64,000 bases of DNA from a virus (Duplodnaviria > Heunggongvirae > Uroviricota > Caudoviricetes): IMG/VR virus record IMGVR_UViG_3300017971_000191, one strand, 5' to 3'. The position numbers and the translations under genes are program-made. Below, in pieces: positions 8,637-17,223 of this stretch. A model generated the notes under the pieces. It searched no databases. It was given only the letters and a program-made list of their open reading frames with translations, and was not told where the DNA came from. The stretch's first letter is position 1; each line of letters starts with the position of its first letter.

Positions 8637-9983
8637 TTAAGACTGCGCCTTCTTCTTCTGCGTTCGCGGTTTCGACGCAGTAGTCTTGGCAGCCTTGTCG
8701 GGGTGACGCCACATCTTGTAGATGCGGTGGATAAGAGTGTGCAAGGGTTCTGCGGCTTTCAGCAACTCTTCGTACTTGGCATGGTCGTCTCGGGAGCGGC
8801 CATAGATGCCGATCTCCGAGAGGTCACGGGCCAGAGGGTTACCCTTGACACCACCGCGCCGGCCAGACGTGGTCGCGGCCTTGATGTTGGCAATCAGCTT
8901 GCGAATCTGTGCAGTGCCAGTAGGACGCTCCGGCTGCGGCGGCGTCTCTCCAGGCTCGATCGCCTCGAAATCGGGGATGTCCTGTCCAGGATACTGGCGC
9001 TTGTACCAGCTCTGGGCCCTTGCCATAACGTCCTCGGCAGTTCGATGCTGAAGACCGGCAGCCTCCCTGTCGAGGGCGTCGTCGGCGAGGGTTTCCAGCT
9101 CGGCGGCCCGAAGCCCTTTGTACCAGGCGATCATCGCAAGCAAGCGAAAGACACCAGGATGGTTCCTCGTCTCCCCGAGAATCTTCCCGAAGTACAGGAT
9201 ATGCTGCTCGCTGAATCCCTCGTCGGGCACGCCCGCGTTGGCCAATTCGCCGCGAACATTGCGGAGCTTCACGTACCGGTTGAAGGCGCGAATGGAGATC
9301 TTGTAGAGCGTACAGATCTCCTCCTTCGGCACGCGGGCCTTCTTGAAATCCTCGTACGCGCCGATCAGCGTGTCCTGCCGGGATACGCGCTCTCCGTGGT
9401 CCCGGTTGAGCCGGTTGGCCAGGGCGTTCTGGACATGCTGGACGTCGCAGTGATGGAGCACGTAGACGCCTACCCAGTCGCTATGTCTCAGCCGCTTCAG
9501 CAGCGTAAGATAGCGATGCACGCCGCCGAGAATGACATACAAGCCCGTCGCCGGGTCCTGACGGACCACGAGACGCTTGCAGTAGCCGTTGTCCGCCATC
9601 TCTTCTTCGAGATCCGCCAACCGTCGCTCGTCGTAACGAGGACCAAGCCTGACGTTCATCTCCAAGCTCTGCTCTTTGTCGATCTGCTCAAGCATGATCG
9701 CGTCCAGAGAGATGCAGGCACCCTTGTGCTTGCTAACTTTGTCGGGCATAACCCGATGGATCTCCATATCCTGCAAGACATCAAGCGCGGCATGGTCCTG
9801 CCGCATCTCGGTCCGGCCGCTTCCGGCGCCGGAGTAGAACACTCTGACGTTCGGTCGAGGTTTCCCCTGGGAGGGGCTCGCTCGCGTCTTCCGCTTCTTG
9901 GTCGCACCTGCAACACGGCGGTTTTGCTTGCGCTTGGCCGCGTTGCTTCGGTTTTTGGCTACTGCGGATTTCGGTGTACTCAT
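8637..9983 (-). CDS. ParB/Srx-like protein with HTH and basic tails
   Basis: NVR...L..L..EM..NGY...LVVR......YVILGGVHRY..L ParB N-domain pattern; EEICTLYKISIRAFNRYVK HTH-like; Lys/Arg-rich termini. Confidence 0.75.
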   Translation of the reverse strand: MSTPKSAVAKNRSNAAKRKQNRRVAGATKKRKTRASPSQGKPRPNVRVFYSGAGSGRTEMRQDHAALDVLQDMEIHRVMPDKVSKHKGACISLDAIMLEQIDKEQSLEMNVRLGPRYDERRLADLEEEMADNGYCKRLVVRQDPATGLYVILGGVHRYLTLLKRLRHSDWVGVYVLHHCDVQHVQNALANRLNRDHGERVSRQDTLIGAYEDFKKARVPKEEICTLYKISIRAFNRYVKLRNVRGELANAGVPDEGFSEQHILYFGKILGETRNHPGVFRLLAMIAWYKGLRAAELETLADDALDREAAGLQHRTAEDVMARAQSWYKRQYPGQDIPDFEAIEPGETPPQPERPTGTAQIRKLIANIKAATTSGRRGGVKGNPLARDLSEIGIYGRSRDDHAKYEELLKAAEPLHTLIHRIYKMWRHPDKAAKTTASKPRTQKKKAQS

Positions 9984-9990
9984 AGAAACT

Positions 9991-10052
9991 CTCCTTCAGA
10001 TAAGGTTGAAGTTGACAGCGACCAACTCCCATCCGTGCCTGTCCAGCAGGCG
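9991..10052. repeat. 62-bp direct repeat, copy 1
   Basis: CTCCTTCAGATAAGGTTGAAGTTGACAGCGACCAACTCCCATCCGTGCCTGTCCAGCAGGCG; 60/62 identical to 10854-10915. Confidence 0.95.
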
Positions 10053-10172
10053 ACGGATGAGCTGGCTGGCACACAGGGCCTCGGGGCCTGGAAGGGTGAT
10101 TCCATTTCGGAATTGAACCCCGGAGAGCAACAGCTCTCGTACGTTGTTCTTGTGGAAAGAATTGAAAGTCAT
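9996..10172 (-). CDS. Small protein ending LLDRHGWELVAVNFNLI
   Basis: Probable start MTFNSF (10172); C-terminus encoded by repeat copy 1. Confidence 0.5.
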   Translation of the reverse strand: MTFNSFHKNNVRELLLSGVQFRNGITLPGPEALCASQLIRRLLDRHGWELVAVNFNLI

Positions 10173-10303
10173 GGTATCTTGTAACGATTCAAGATCTAGC
10201 TGGTACCTGAAGCACCAAACAAATGTCGGTATGGGCCGCGCGAGACGACCCATGCCGATTAGCTCAAATGAGCACAAGAACGATATTTCGTTTTACTATC
10301 TCG

Positions 10304-10846
10304 CTACTGCAAGAACCGGCGACCTGCCCGCATCTCCTTCTTGTGACGCTGGCGGCCGGCCTTGCGGTATTTCTCTTGCTCGGCCTTCCAGTAGGCGCCG
10401 AGCTTGGCCTGTGCGATTTCGTAGATACGCCGCCCCTCCTCGTTGAGCGGCACCCCCGGCGGAGGTTCTTTGACGGAAGCCCAATCCCACGTGTAGCTGG
10501 GACCTTCATAGCCAAGATCGAGCATTGGAACTCTGCGCGGCCCAGGTCGATATACCTTCAGCAGCGTCTTCGGGTCCCGATGCCATTTCTTGGGATGCCA
10601 CGAGCCGCCCGAGATCCAGAAGGATTCGTAGTAGTCGGGCGTCATTTTGTGGCGTCGGAGCATGCGGATCAGGTCCCTCTCGGGCTGGCTCAGCACCTCC
10701 TCCCAGTCCCACAGCCTTTCCCGGCCCGCGTCCGGCGACGTACCGGGAACGGTCATCGCAGGCGGGGCTTTCCTCTGCTGGGGCGCCTCCGCCCCAAACA
10801 GGGCGACGGTGCACAACACCGCCACTAGCACAAGTACAGGTCTCAT
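10304..10846 (-). CDS. Secreted/periplasmic protein with signal peptide
   Basis: MRPVLVLVAVLCTVALFGA signal-like N-terminus; RBS supplied by repeat copy 2. Confidence 0.75.
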   Translation of the reverse strand: MRPVLVLVAVLCTVALFGAEAPQQRKAPPAMTVPGTSPDAGRERLWDWEEVLSQPERDLIRMLRRHKMTPDYYESFWISGGSWHPKKWHRDPKTLLKVYRPGPRRVPMLDLGYEGPSYTWDWASVKEPPPGVPLNEEGRRIYEIAQAKLGAYWKAEQEKYRKAGRQRHKKEMRAGRRFLQ

Positions 10847-10853
10847 CGTCAGC

Positions 10854-10915
10854 CTCCTTCAGATGAGGTTGAAGTTGACGGCGACCAACTCCCATCCGTG
10901 CCTGTCCAGCAGGCG
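10854..10915. repeat. 62-bp direct repeat, copy 2
   Basis: Differs from copy 1 at two synonymous third positions (GCC/GCT, CTC/CTT). Confidence 0.95.
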
Positions 10916-11080
10916 GAGCTTGGCGACGTCGTTGTCTTGGGACATCAGCTTGGTGATCTTCGCCTGGCCGGCCTCGAACTCGATCAAGGCTACCGCGGCC
11001 TGTTGAAGATCCTCCGTCGTCCCCAAATCCTGGTGCAGGTAATGACCCGACTCCTTGTTCTTCAGAACAGCATGGATCAC
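10859..11080 (-). CDS. Small protein ending LLDRHGWELVAVNFNLI
   Basis: GTG at 11080 overlapping upstream TGA; VIHAVLKNKESGHYLH... Confidence 0.7.
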   Translation of the reverse strand: MIHAVLKNKESGHYLHQDLGTTEDLQQAAVALIEFEAGQAKITKLMSQDNDVAKLRLLDRHGWELVAVNFNLI

Positions 11081-11718
11081 GGTTCCAACTCCGGGTCGTC
11101 GAGCGGATCGTACAGCTCGTTGTCCGGGCCGTGGAACTCCCGGTGACCTGGGCCGTACTTCTCGACGTGTTTTAGACAGTCCGCCTCTCCCGGGCACTCC
11201 GCGTGGCAGTCCTTGCAGACGAAGACCCCCTTGGCCGTGGCCGTCATCTCGGGGATCAGCTCGGGGTTGAGGGGGTCGATGCAGAACTCGACGCCGCCCA
11301 CATACCAGACGCCGTCGTCCGCCTGGAAGACGCAGGGGCCGACGATGTCGTGGGAGCAGGCATGGTCGAGACAGTTGCCGGCGATCTCCAGCATGTGCCA
11401 CACGACCCCCACCGTGTCGGTGTCGATCTCGTGGGGCTCTTCGGCCCACAGCATGATCTTCATGGGGTCGTCGACAGTCTTACCCGGTTGCGGCATCTGC
11501 ATCCGCTCCCAGCGCTTCAACAAGGCCTCGGCCTTCCTGTACGTGGGAAGCAGGTCGTACCAGTCCTCGCTGAGCCTCCGGCCGTCCCTGCTCTTGAGGT
11601 CGATGATCCCGCCGTCGCTCGACTTCTCAGTCAGCGGGTAGGCGGCGTGAACGTCCGTGACGAACTCTTCAAGGACGCTCCGGGCGCCTAGGTTTTGGAG
11701 GTCTACTGAGTCGCTCAA
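11077..11718 (-). CDS. Hypothetical protein
   Basis: 213 aa, C-terminal CKDCH..C..C..H. Confidence 0.7.
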   Translation of the reverse strand: MSDSVDLQNLGARSVLEEFVTDVHAAYPLTEKSSDGGIIDLKSRDGRRLSEDWYDLLPTYRKAEALLKRWERMQMPQPGKTVDDPMKIMLWAEEPHEIDTDTVGVVWHMLEIAGNCLDHACSHDIVGPCVFQADDGVWYVGGVEFCIDPLNPELIPEMTATAKGVFVCKDCHAECPGEADCLKHVEKYGPGHREFHGPDNELYDPLDDPELEP

Positions 11719-12253
11719 CTTCTTCCTCCTTTAGCAGCTCGACCTCGACGGGGATACGGCGGTAAGGCCGCTCCTCATAGTGGTCGATCTCCTGCCCGTC
11801 GACCTTCCACGGAGAGATAATGGAGTTGGTCCCGACCTGGTGTTCGGTGGATGAACCGATATAGTAGGCCGCGACGTACCATTCACATCCCTGGGAGATC
11901 TTGTCAGGAGCATCCAAGATGAAACACACCTTGTTGGCGGTGATGAAGATCGTAGGTCCACATGGACCTTGACCTTTCCGTCGTCTCTTCTCGTAGCAAC
12001 TGGGGATGCCCAGGAGCTGGATGCCGTAGCTGATGTACGACTTCTGGTTCCTGGCGCCCTCCAGCGGTTTCCGCTCCTGCTCGTAGTAGCAGCCCAGCAG
12101 GGTCTGCCGCGAACAGGAACGCTTGGGTTTGAAGACGAGGCGGACCGGCCGCAATACCTGACAATGCGGCTCAAGATGAGCCACCAGCGCTTTCAGGGTC
12201 GGCGGGTCGATCGGGCCTTCGAGATCCACTTTGGGGTCGGCTGGCTGGTTCAT
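11669..12253 (-). CDS. Hypothetical protein
   Basis: Start moved to MNQPADP with AAGGAG RBS. Confidence 0.65.
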   Translation of the reverse strand: MNQPADPKVDLEGPIDPPTLKALVAHLEPHCQVLRPVRLVFKPKRSCSRQTLLGCYYEQERKPLEGARNQKSYISYGIQLLGIPSCYEKRRRKGQGPCGPTIFITANKVCFILDAPDKISQGCEWYVAAYYIGSSTEHQVGTNSIISPWKVDGQEIDHYEERPYRRIPVEVELLKEEEVERLSRPPKPRRPERP

Positions 12254-12704
12254 CGTTCTCCTTGGCGAACTGTTCGGGCCAATAGGCTTCAAGCGTTTGG
12301 TCGGGGTCCTCGTTGAACTGCCGCTGCCACTCGATCAGCAGCATCGGCGTGCCAGCCGGGACCGTCCAATACTCTCCCGATTCGGGGTTCTCGATGGTGC
12401 AGACGTCCACGCCGTCCGACAGGTGATGCCGTTCGGAGTGGTTCCGGTCTTCGATCTGGTAGCCGTTGCAGACCTCGACGACCTCGAAGCGGTGGTCGAA
12501 GCCCTGGTACGAGCTGAAATCGAAGAAGGTGATGCTGAGATCGAAGGCGTCCTTGAGGGCGCTGATCTCGTCCCGGGTCAGATTGCTATCGCCCTGGAGG
12601 ACCGATTGGAGGTCCCAGGGCGGTATTCCCGACTGGTCGGCCAGACCGTCGACATCGAGCCGGCGGTCCTTCATCAGTTTCTTGAGGATGTCCTTGTCGG
12701 TCAT
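12171..12704 (-). CDS. XRE-type HTH protein fused to unknown domain
   Basis: LKKLMKDRRLDVDGLADQSGIPPWDLQSVLQGDSNLTRDEISALKDAF. Confidence 0.7.
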   Translation of the reverse strand: MTDKDILKKLMKDRRLDVDGLADQSGIPPWDLQSVLQGDSNLTRDEISALKDAFDLSITFFDFSSYQGFDHRFEVVEVCNGYQIEDRNHSERHHLSDGVDVCTIENPESGEYWTVPAGTPMLLIEWQRQFNEDPDQTLEAYWPEQFAKENDEPASRPQSGSRRPDRPADPESAGGSS

Positions 12705-12713
12705 CGCTCTCTT

Positions 12714-12986
12714 TCACTCGAAGTTCTTCATGAGGCACTCGATCTCGGCCTCAATGGGTTTCGGGATGATCTCGCCGTTGTAGTCGACGATGTCGTCCTT
12801 GTGACCGAAATCGTGGCCGCACTCGCCGCGGCATACGAGTCGGTCGTTCTCGATCCCCAGCGTACCGCTGTGGCAGTTGGGGCACTCGATGTCTTCCTCG
12901 ACGCAGAAGGCCTCGCAGACGTCGTCCAGATTGGACAACATGTAGGAGAGGGCCATCCGCGTCACCCGGTGCTCGCGTAAGGTCAT
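12714..12986 (-). CDS. Small zinc-ribbon protein
   Basis: MTLREHR start coupled to upstream stop; CPNC...C..ECG. Confidence 0.65.
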   Translation of the reverse strand: MTLREHRVTRMALSYMLSNLDDVCEAFCVEEDIECPNCHSGTLGIENDRLVCRGECGHDFGHKDDIVDYNGEIIPKPIEAEIECLMKNFE

Positions 12987-13489
12987 CGCTTCCTCTTGGC
13001 GGCCTTCTTCTTCTTGGCCTTCTTCTTGGGCTCCACGACCTTGTAGGTCTTGGGCTCGGTCAGCCAGCGGAACTCCTCGGGGTCTACCAGCGGGTCTTTC
13101 TCCCCCGTCACGTTGTTGACGAACTCCAAGTTGTGGAGATACGTCATCACGTGGGAGAGGTCCGCGCGGGCGTGCCTCAAGGACAGCCAGTGGCAATGCT
13201 CGAAGAGAAGCTGCATGAAGGGCACGAGGAGCGAGGCCGCCGGGAGCATTGGGCAATCGGGGCGGGCCTCGATCTTGTAGCCCGCCGTCAGCAGGTTCTT
13301 CCCGTTGATGTCTTCCTGCCGGATGCTGAGCTGGCTCAGCGACAGAAAGATCCCTTTGGCGATTTCACCGCCCTTCTTCGCTCCAGACTCCTCAAAAGCG
13401 GTTTTGAACTCCGGGTACGTGTCAGCTAGCCGCTTGAGGGCTGCTTTCCTCTTCTCGATCTCCTCTGGGGGAAGACGTTTGCGGGGCAC
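12983..13489 (-). CDS. Hypothetical protein with basic C-terminal tail
   Basis: 168 aa, ends KKKAKKKKAAKRKR; contains palindrome site 1. Confidence 0.7.
   Translation of the reverse strand: MPRKRLPPEEIEKRKAALKRLADTYPEFKTAFEESGAKKGGEIAKGIFLSLSQLSIRQEDINGKNLLTAGYKIEARPDCPMLPAASLLVPFMQLLFEHCHWLSLRHARADLSHVMTYLHNLEFVNNVTGEKDPLVDPEEFRWLTEPKTYKVVEPKKKAKKKKAAKRKR
13391..13408. promoter_or_regulatory. 18-bp palindromic site 1
   Basis: CTCAAAAGCGGTTTTGAA (17/18 match), inside a CDS (codons TTC AAA ACC GCT TTT GAG). Confidence 0.7.
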
Positions 13490-13709
13490 TAGGTTGCTCC
13501 TTCTGCTCTGTACAGTCGGCGAGGCTCCACCATTCGGTCGGATTGCCCAGGTTGACGAGCGGTCCGAACCGGGAACCGACGACGCGCTCCACGGTGCCTG
13601 AGGTTTTGTGGCCCGTGTGCGTCTCGACGTCGACCGCCTTGCCGCACATGGGATGATTGTACTGCTCCGGGTGACGGGCCCGGTGCTCGTCCAGGGTACT
13701 ACTGCTCAC
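13422..13709 (-). CDS. Small hypothetical protein
   Basis: 95-aa ORF between coupled neighbours. Confidence 0.55.
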   Translation of the reverse strand: MSSSTLDEHRARHPEQYNHPMCGKAVDVETHTGHKTSGTVERVVGSRFGPLVNLGNPTEWWSLADCTEQKEQPSAPQTSSPRGDREEESSPQAAS

Positions 13710-14088
13710 TGGCGAAGTGCTCCTGCTGGCGCTGCAACGCCTCCCGATAGCTCAATGGCTCGGCGTCGAGTTTCAGGGCCAGGTGGTAGAGGTTCGGATG
13801 GAGGAGTGCAGAGTCCTCGATCCCCAACGTGGCCGCACCGATGATGTCCATGCGGGCGTCCACGATCTTCCCCATCGGGCGATCAGGTCCATCGCCGTCC
13901 TCGGGTTGGTTGACTCGCACGTGGACCCAGTATTGGTCATCTTCGGTGCGAACGACGTCGACGTCCCCGAACGGGAACATCACGCGGAAGTGAATGGGCT
14001 CGGGCTGTTTGGGGTTACCCTTCAGCTCGACGCCCATGACGTTCTCACCCATCTGACGGATCTTCAGGTGGGCTCCCGTCTTGGCCAT
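13699..14088 (-). CDS. Hypothetical protein
   Basis: 129 aa; PI.FRV.FP.GDV.VVRT.D..YWVHVRVN. Confidence 0.75.
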   Translation of the reverse strand: MAKTGAHLKIRQMGENVMGVELKGNPKQPEPIHFRVMFPFGDVDVVRTEDDQYWVHVRVNQPEDGDGPDRPMGKIVDARMDIIGAATLGIEDSALLHPNLYHLALKLDAEPLSYREALQRQQEHFASEQ

Positions 14089-14208
14089 CCTCGATTTCCT
14101 CCAGGGCGCCCAGAACGGCGGCCTCTAAGACTTGGAAGGCGGTACGCTCGCCGACCTTCTGGTCAGGGTCGATGCCCTGATTGAGTAGGATTGCAGTGAC
14201 GCTGGTTC

Positions 14209-14577
14209 TCACTTGTCGAACTCCTCGAATACGTCGCCCAAGTTGCGCCGCATGCCCTTCATCTGACGGCGGCAATCCCTCCGCATCTCCAGGTACTCCT
14301 CGCGGAGTTCGGGAGGCATGTCGTCGAAGGGGCCCGAGTAGACGATCGTCTTGCCTCGACGGAAGACGATATGGTTGGACTTCACCACCCAGGAGGGCTC
14401 GTCGACCGCGAACCGAAGCCAGGTCGTCAGGACCGGCAGCGTCACGAGGATGACGCCCCAGATGACGATGGTTGTGGTACTGAGCTTGACGAAGTGGCCA
14501 GTGACTGCGGCCGTGGCCAGGATGCCGGCCCCCACAAGAATGAGATGGTGGAGATAGCTTTCGAGAAAACGGTTCAT
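14209..14577 (-). CDS. Membrane protein (2 TM)
   Basis: Two hydrophobic segments followed by a charged tail. Confidence 0.75.
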   Translation of the reverse strand: MNRFLESYLHHLILVGAGILATAAVTGHFVKLSTTTIVIWGVILVTLPVLTTWLRFAVDEPSWVVKSNHIVFRRGKTIVYSGPFDDMPPELREEYLEMRRDCRRQMKGMRRNLGDVFEEFDK

Positions 14578-14589
14578 GCCACCCTCCTG

Positions 14590-14790
14590 TCACTGGCGAA
14601 ATGTTCCTTTTCGGTTCGGACAGCCGTGCTCGTGGCAGGCTGTTCCGTTGATGGCGAGAGCCTGGCATTGACTACAACCGACACGAACATAGCCGTCGTC
14701 GACGTGGCTCTTGTCAAACCCCTGGGCTCGCAACCTGGCCGCTTGCTTGGCGGCGGGTGACTTGGTCGTTGATGGCTTCTGCGATAACAT
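14590..14790 (-). CDS. Small Cys/His protein
   Basis: VGCSQCQALAINGTACHEHGCPN motif. Confidence 0.7.
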   Translation of the reverse strand: MLSQKPSTTKSPAAKQAARLRAQGFDKSHVDDGYVRVGCSQCQALAINGTACHEHGCPNRKGTFRQ

Positions 14791-15328
14791 CAGCGTAGTC
14801 CTCTCTGATACTAGAATCGGCTTCCACCGAGATGGTCACGGCGGTAGGCCCCTCGTTGACCGACGTGACGTAGCTGACGTCACAGCGATCGCAGGGGGCT
14901 AGTTCATCTTTGGATACCGGAAAGAGAATGTCCCGCCCTCGACGCTGCGGGATCTTGATCTCGCCATTCTCGTCACGGTACTTGTCGACCTGTTCCTTGG
15001 GAAAGGTCCAGGAGATAGTGACCCAGTTGGGCTCCCGCAGCGTGAAGTTGCGGGGGTTGCCGGAGTCTCCTCCGGTCCATTCCTCCTGCACCCAGTAGTT
15101 GTGCGGGAAGAAGGTTTGATGCGCTTCGTGGACCAGGTTTCCCGCTCGAACAAGCGTTTCGACCATGTGGTGCTTGAGATCGGGGAATCGCTCCCGATCG
15201 AGCACGTGCTCGTTGAGCTTGTGGTGGAGGCGCTCCAGGGCCAGGCCCGCCTTGCGGGCAAGCCGCTCCAGTTCCAACCACTCATCAAGAGTCAGCCTGT
15301 TTGCCCAGCGCTCGTCTTTCTGTGTCAT
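14714..15328 (-). CDS. Hypothetical protein
   Basis: 204-aa ORF with GGAG RBS. Confidence 0.7.
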   Translation of the reverse strand: MTQKDERWANRLTLDEWLELERLARKAGLALERLHHKLNEHVLDRERFPDLKHHMVETLVRAGNLVHEAHQTFFPHNYWVQEEWTGGDSGNPRNFTLREPNWVTISWTFPKEQVDKYRDENGEIKIPQRRGRDILFPVSKDELAPCDRCDVSYVTSVNEGPTAVTISVEADSSIREDYADVIAEAINDQVTRRQASGQVASPGV

Positions 15329-15593
15329 TGAGGATCTCCTCCACTTCTTCCCGGCTTACAGGCCGTACCAGTGCACTGGCGCAGAAGAAGTCTTGAAACT
15401 CGCCGTCGAGGGACTGGACGCAGACGGAGTTGTTGTTGACCTTGTGGTCGAACCTCCAGAAACGGCCAGCGATGTCCTCGAACGGTGTTCGGCGGCGGAG
15501 GGAGTCGATACGGACTAGGCCACTGGACTCCCACTTGGCTTTCTCATCGGCGTTGTTGCACCGGTCACGATAGATCTGTTCGTGGTCGGACAC
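15285..15593 (-). CDS. Small hypothetical protein
   Basis: GTG start at 15593 just after upstream stop. Confidence 0.6.
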   Translation of the reverse strand: MSDHEQIYRDRCNNADEKAKWESSGLVRIDSLRRRTPFEDIAGRFWRFDHKVNNNSVCVQSLDGEFQDFFCASALVRPVSREEVEEILNDTERRALGKQADS

Positions 15594-15594
15594 G

Positions 15595-15855
15595 CTACTC
15601 CTCATATAGAATCCAGTTTGCTGTGAGCCACTCTTCTTCCCGCCTGACGGCTGCCTTGTAGTCCTCGAACAGCTCGGTCAGGCAGAACTGGTACTCCGGC
15701 CCCAGGGGAGAGCAGTCTATGTAGAACAGACCGCGATTGGGTCCCTCGGGAACGATTTCAATCCGCGTTGCCCGCCGCGGGACCGCTCCGAACATGGAGC
15801 GATCCTCTGCGGCGAACAGTTTGCGGACACCACCACCCTTGAGGAAGCGGATCAT
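15595..15855 (-). CDS. Small protein of the AAA-associated module
   Basis: GGVR.L...FG...RRA..IE...G.FY.D.SPLGP...F..Y.AA...E.EWL; ATG overlaps TGA of the DUF3150-like gene. Confidence 0.7.
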   Translation of the reverse strand: MIRFLKGGGVRKLFAAEDRSMFGAVPRRATRIEIVPEGPNRGLFYIDCSPLGPEYQFCLTELFEDYKAAVRREEEWLTANWILYEE

Positions 15856-17198
15856 TTCTCGTCCGGTTTCTTGGCCGTCTTGCGGAGCTTGCCGATGGCT
15901 CGTCGCCTGGGCGGCTTGATCGGCACGGTCGTGATGACCGACTCCAACCCCACGGCCGCCTTCTGGAGGGCAGCCTGGGCGTTCTTGCGGAAGAAGCCGC
16001 TCTCCTTCATCTCCTTGAGGATGTCATCCTCGCGGTCGCCGGCGGAGTGGAAGATCTCGTGGATCTCCTGGACGATACCGCCCAACGGCTTGGCGGCGTC
16101 TCCGAGCTTGTGGACCACCGTCTGGAACACTTCGAGCTGACCCAGGAGGGCCTTCATGGTGCTCTCGTGGACGGCGTTCTTCTGGTCCGTGGGCGTGAGG
16201 TTGAGATCCTTGAACTCGTCCTCGTCGAACGGTCCGAACCACTCCTCTATTTTCCTGGCGCCTTTCTTGCCCTTCTCGTCGTCGGGCATGTACTGCACCA
16301 GAAGCGCCCGCTGACCCTCGGGAATCTCGGGGTCTTCCTTGTGAGTCCGGATCTCCTTGACGAAGCCACCCTTGAGGAACCGCAGCGGATGCTTCGGCCG
16401 GGGAGCGACCTCCATCTTGTTGCCGAGCTGGTTGGCCACCGTCTCGACGATTCCCAGGAAGGTCTTGGCGAAGTCCCCGACGATAAGCTGGACGTCCTGA
16501 ATGGTCCGCTTGTAGGCCATCTCCTTGAGCATGGCCGCGGCCTTCGGGCACGACTGCTCGAAGTCGACGCTCAGGCCCACCTCGCGGATGTCGAAGTGGA
16601 CGTTGACCGCGTCGGCGATCGTCTCGGGGTAGTCGTCCTCGCAGAACCCGGTCCCGAGCTTCTCCGCGTCGTGCTTCTTGACCGCCTCCAAGTTGTCGTC
16701 CAGCTTCTTGACCGCCCGCTGGATGTTGACGGTGTGGACCTGGACCTGCTGGCACAGGTCGTCGATGTCCTCGTCGAACACCAGCCGGCGACCGGCGGCC
16801 TTGCGGAGGAGGGCTTCGGCGGTGTTCTCCTCCTTCTTCCCCGTCTTGTTGCCCTCCATGAAGGCGACGACGGGGATCTCGGCCCGCGGCATGCTCTTGG
16901 AGTAGACATACTCCGTCAGTGCCGACTTGGCGGAGTTGGCCGCCTTGACCAGCGGGTGGCCGCTGTCGAAGATGCGCTTGGCCAGGCTCAGGGCCTTGGC
17001 GTCGGCGCCGATGGCGTCGGCCATCTTCTGCCGCAAAGCGCTGGCGAGCTGCTTACTGGTGGTGTACCAGTTGACGTTCAGCTCAATCTCGTGGCAGCCC
17101 TGGGTCAGAACCTGACCGGCCACTGCGAGTTGATCCTTGGGGATCTCCTTGGGCGCCTCGGCGGGAACCTGTTTTTCTTGCGTCATTGTCGCTACCAA
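15852..17198 (-). CDS. DUF3150-like protein
   Basis: L.V.W...SK.L...LSLAKRIFD..HPLVKA...Y..S.SMP...GRRLV...D.KLG..F..DDYP pattern; adjacent to AAA gene. Confidence 0.6.
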   Translation of the reverse strand: MVATMTQEKQVPAEAPKEIPKDQLAVAGQVLTQGCHEIELNVNWYTTSKQLASALRQKMADAIGADAKALSLAKRIFDSGHPLVKAANSAKSALTEYVYSKSMPRAEIPVVAFMEGNKTGKKEENTAEALLRKAAGRRLVFDEDIDDLCQQVQVHTVNIQRAVKKLDDNLEAVKKHDAEKLGTGFCEDDYPETIADAVNVHFDIREVGLSVDFEQSCPKAAAMLKEMAYKRTIQDVQLIVGDFAKTFLGIVETVANQLGNKMEVAPRPKHPLRFLKGGFVKEIRTHKEDPEIPEGQRALLVQYMPDDEKGKKGARKIEEWFGPFDEDEFKDLNLTPTDQKNAVHESTMKALLGQLEVFQTVVHKLGDAAKPLGGIVQEIHEIFHSAGDREDDILKEMKESGFFRKNAQAALQKAAVGLESVITTVPIKPPRRRAIGKLRKTAKKPDEK

Positions 17199-17223
17199 CT
17201 ATGGATCTCCTTCGTCGTGGAAG

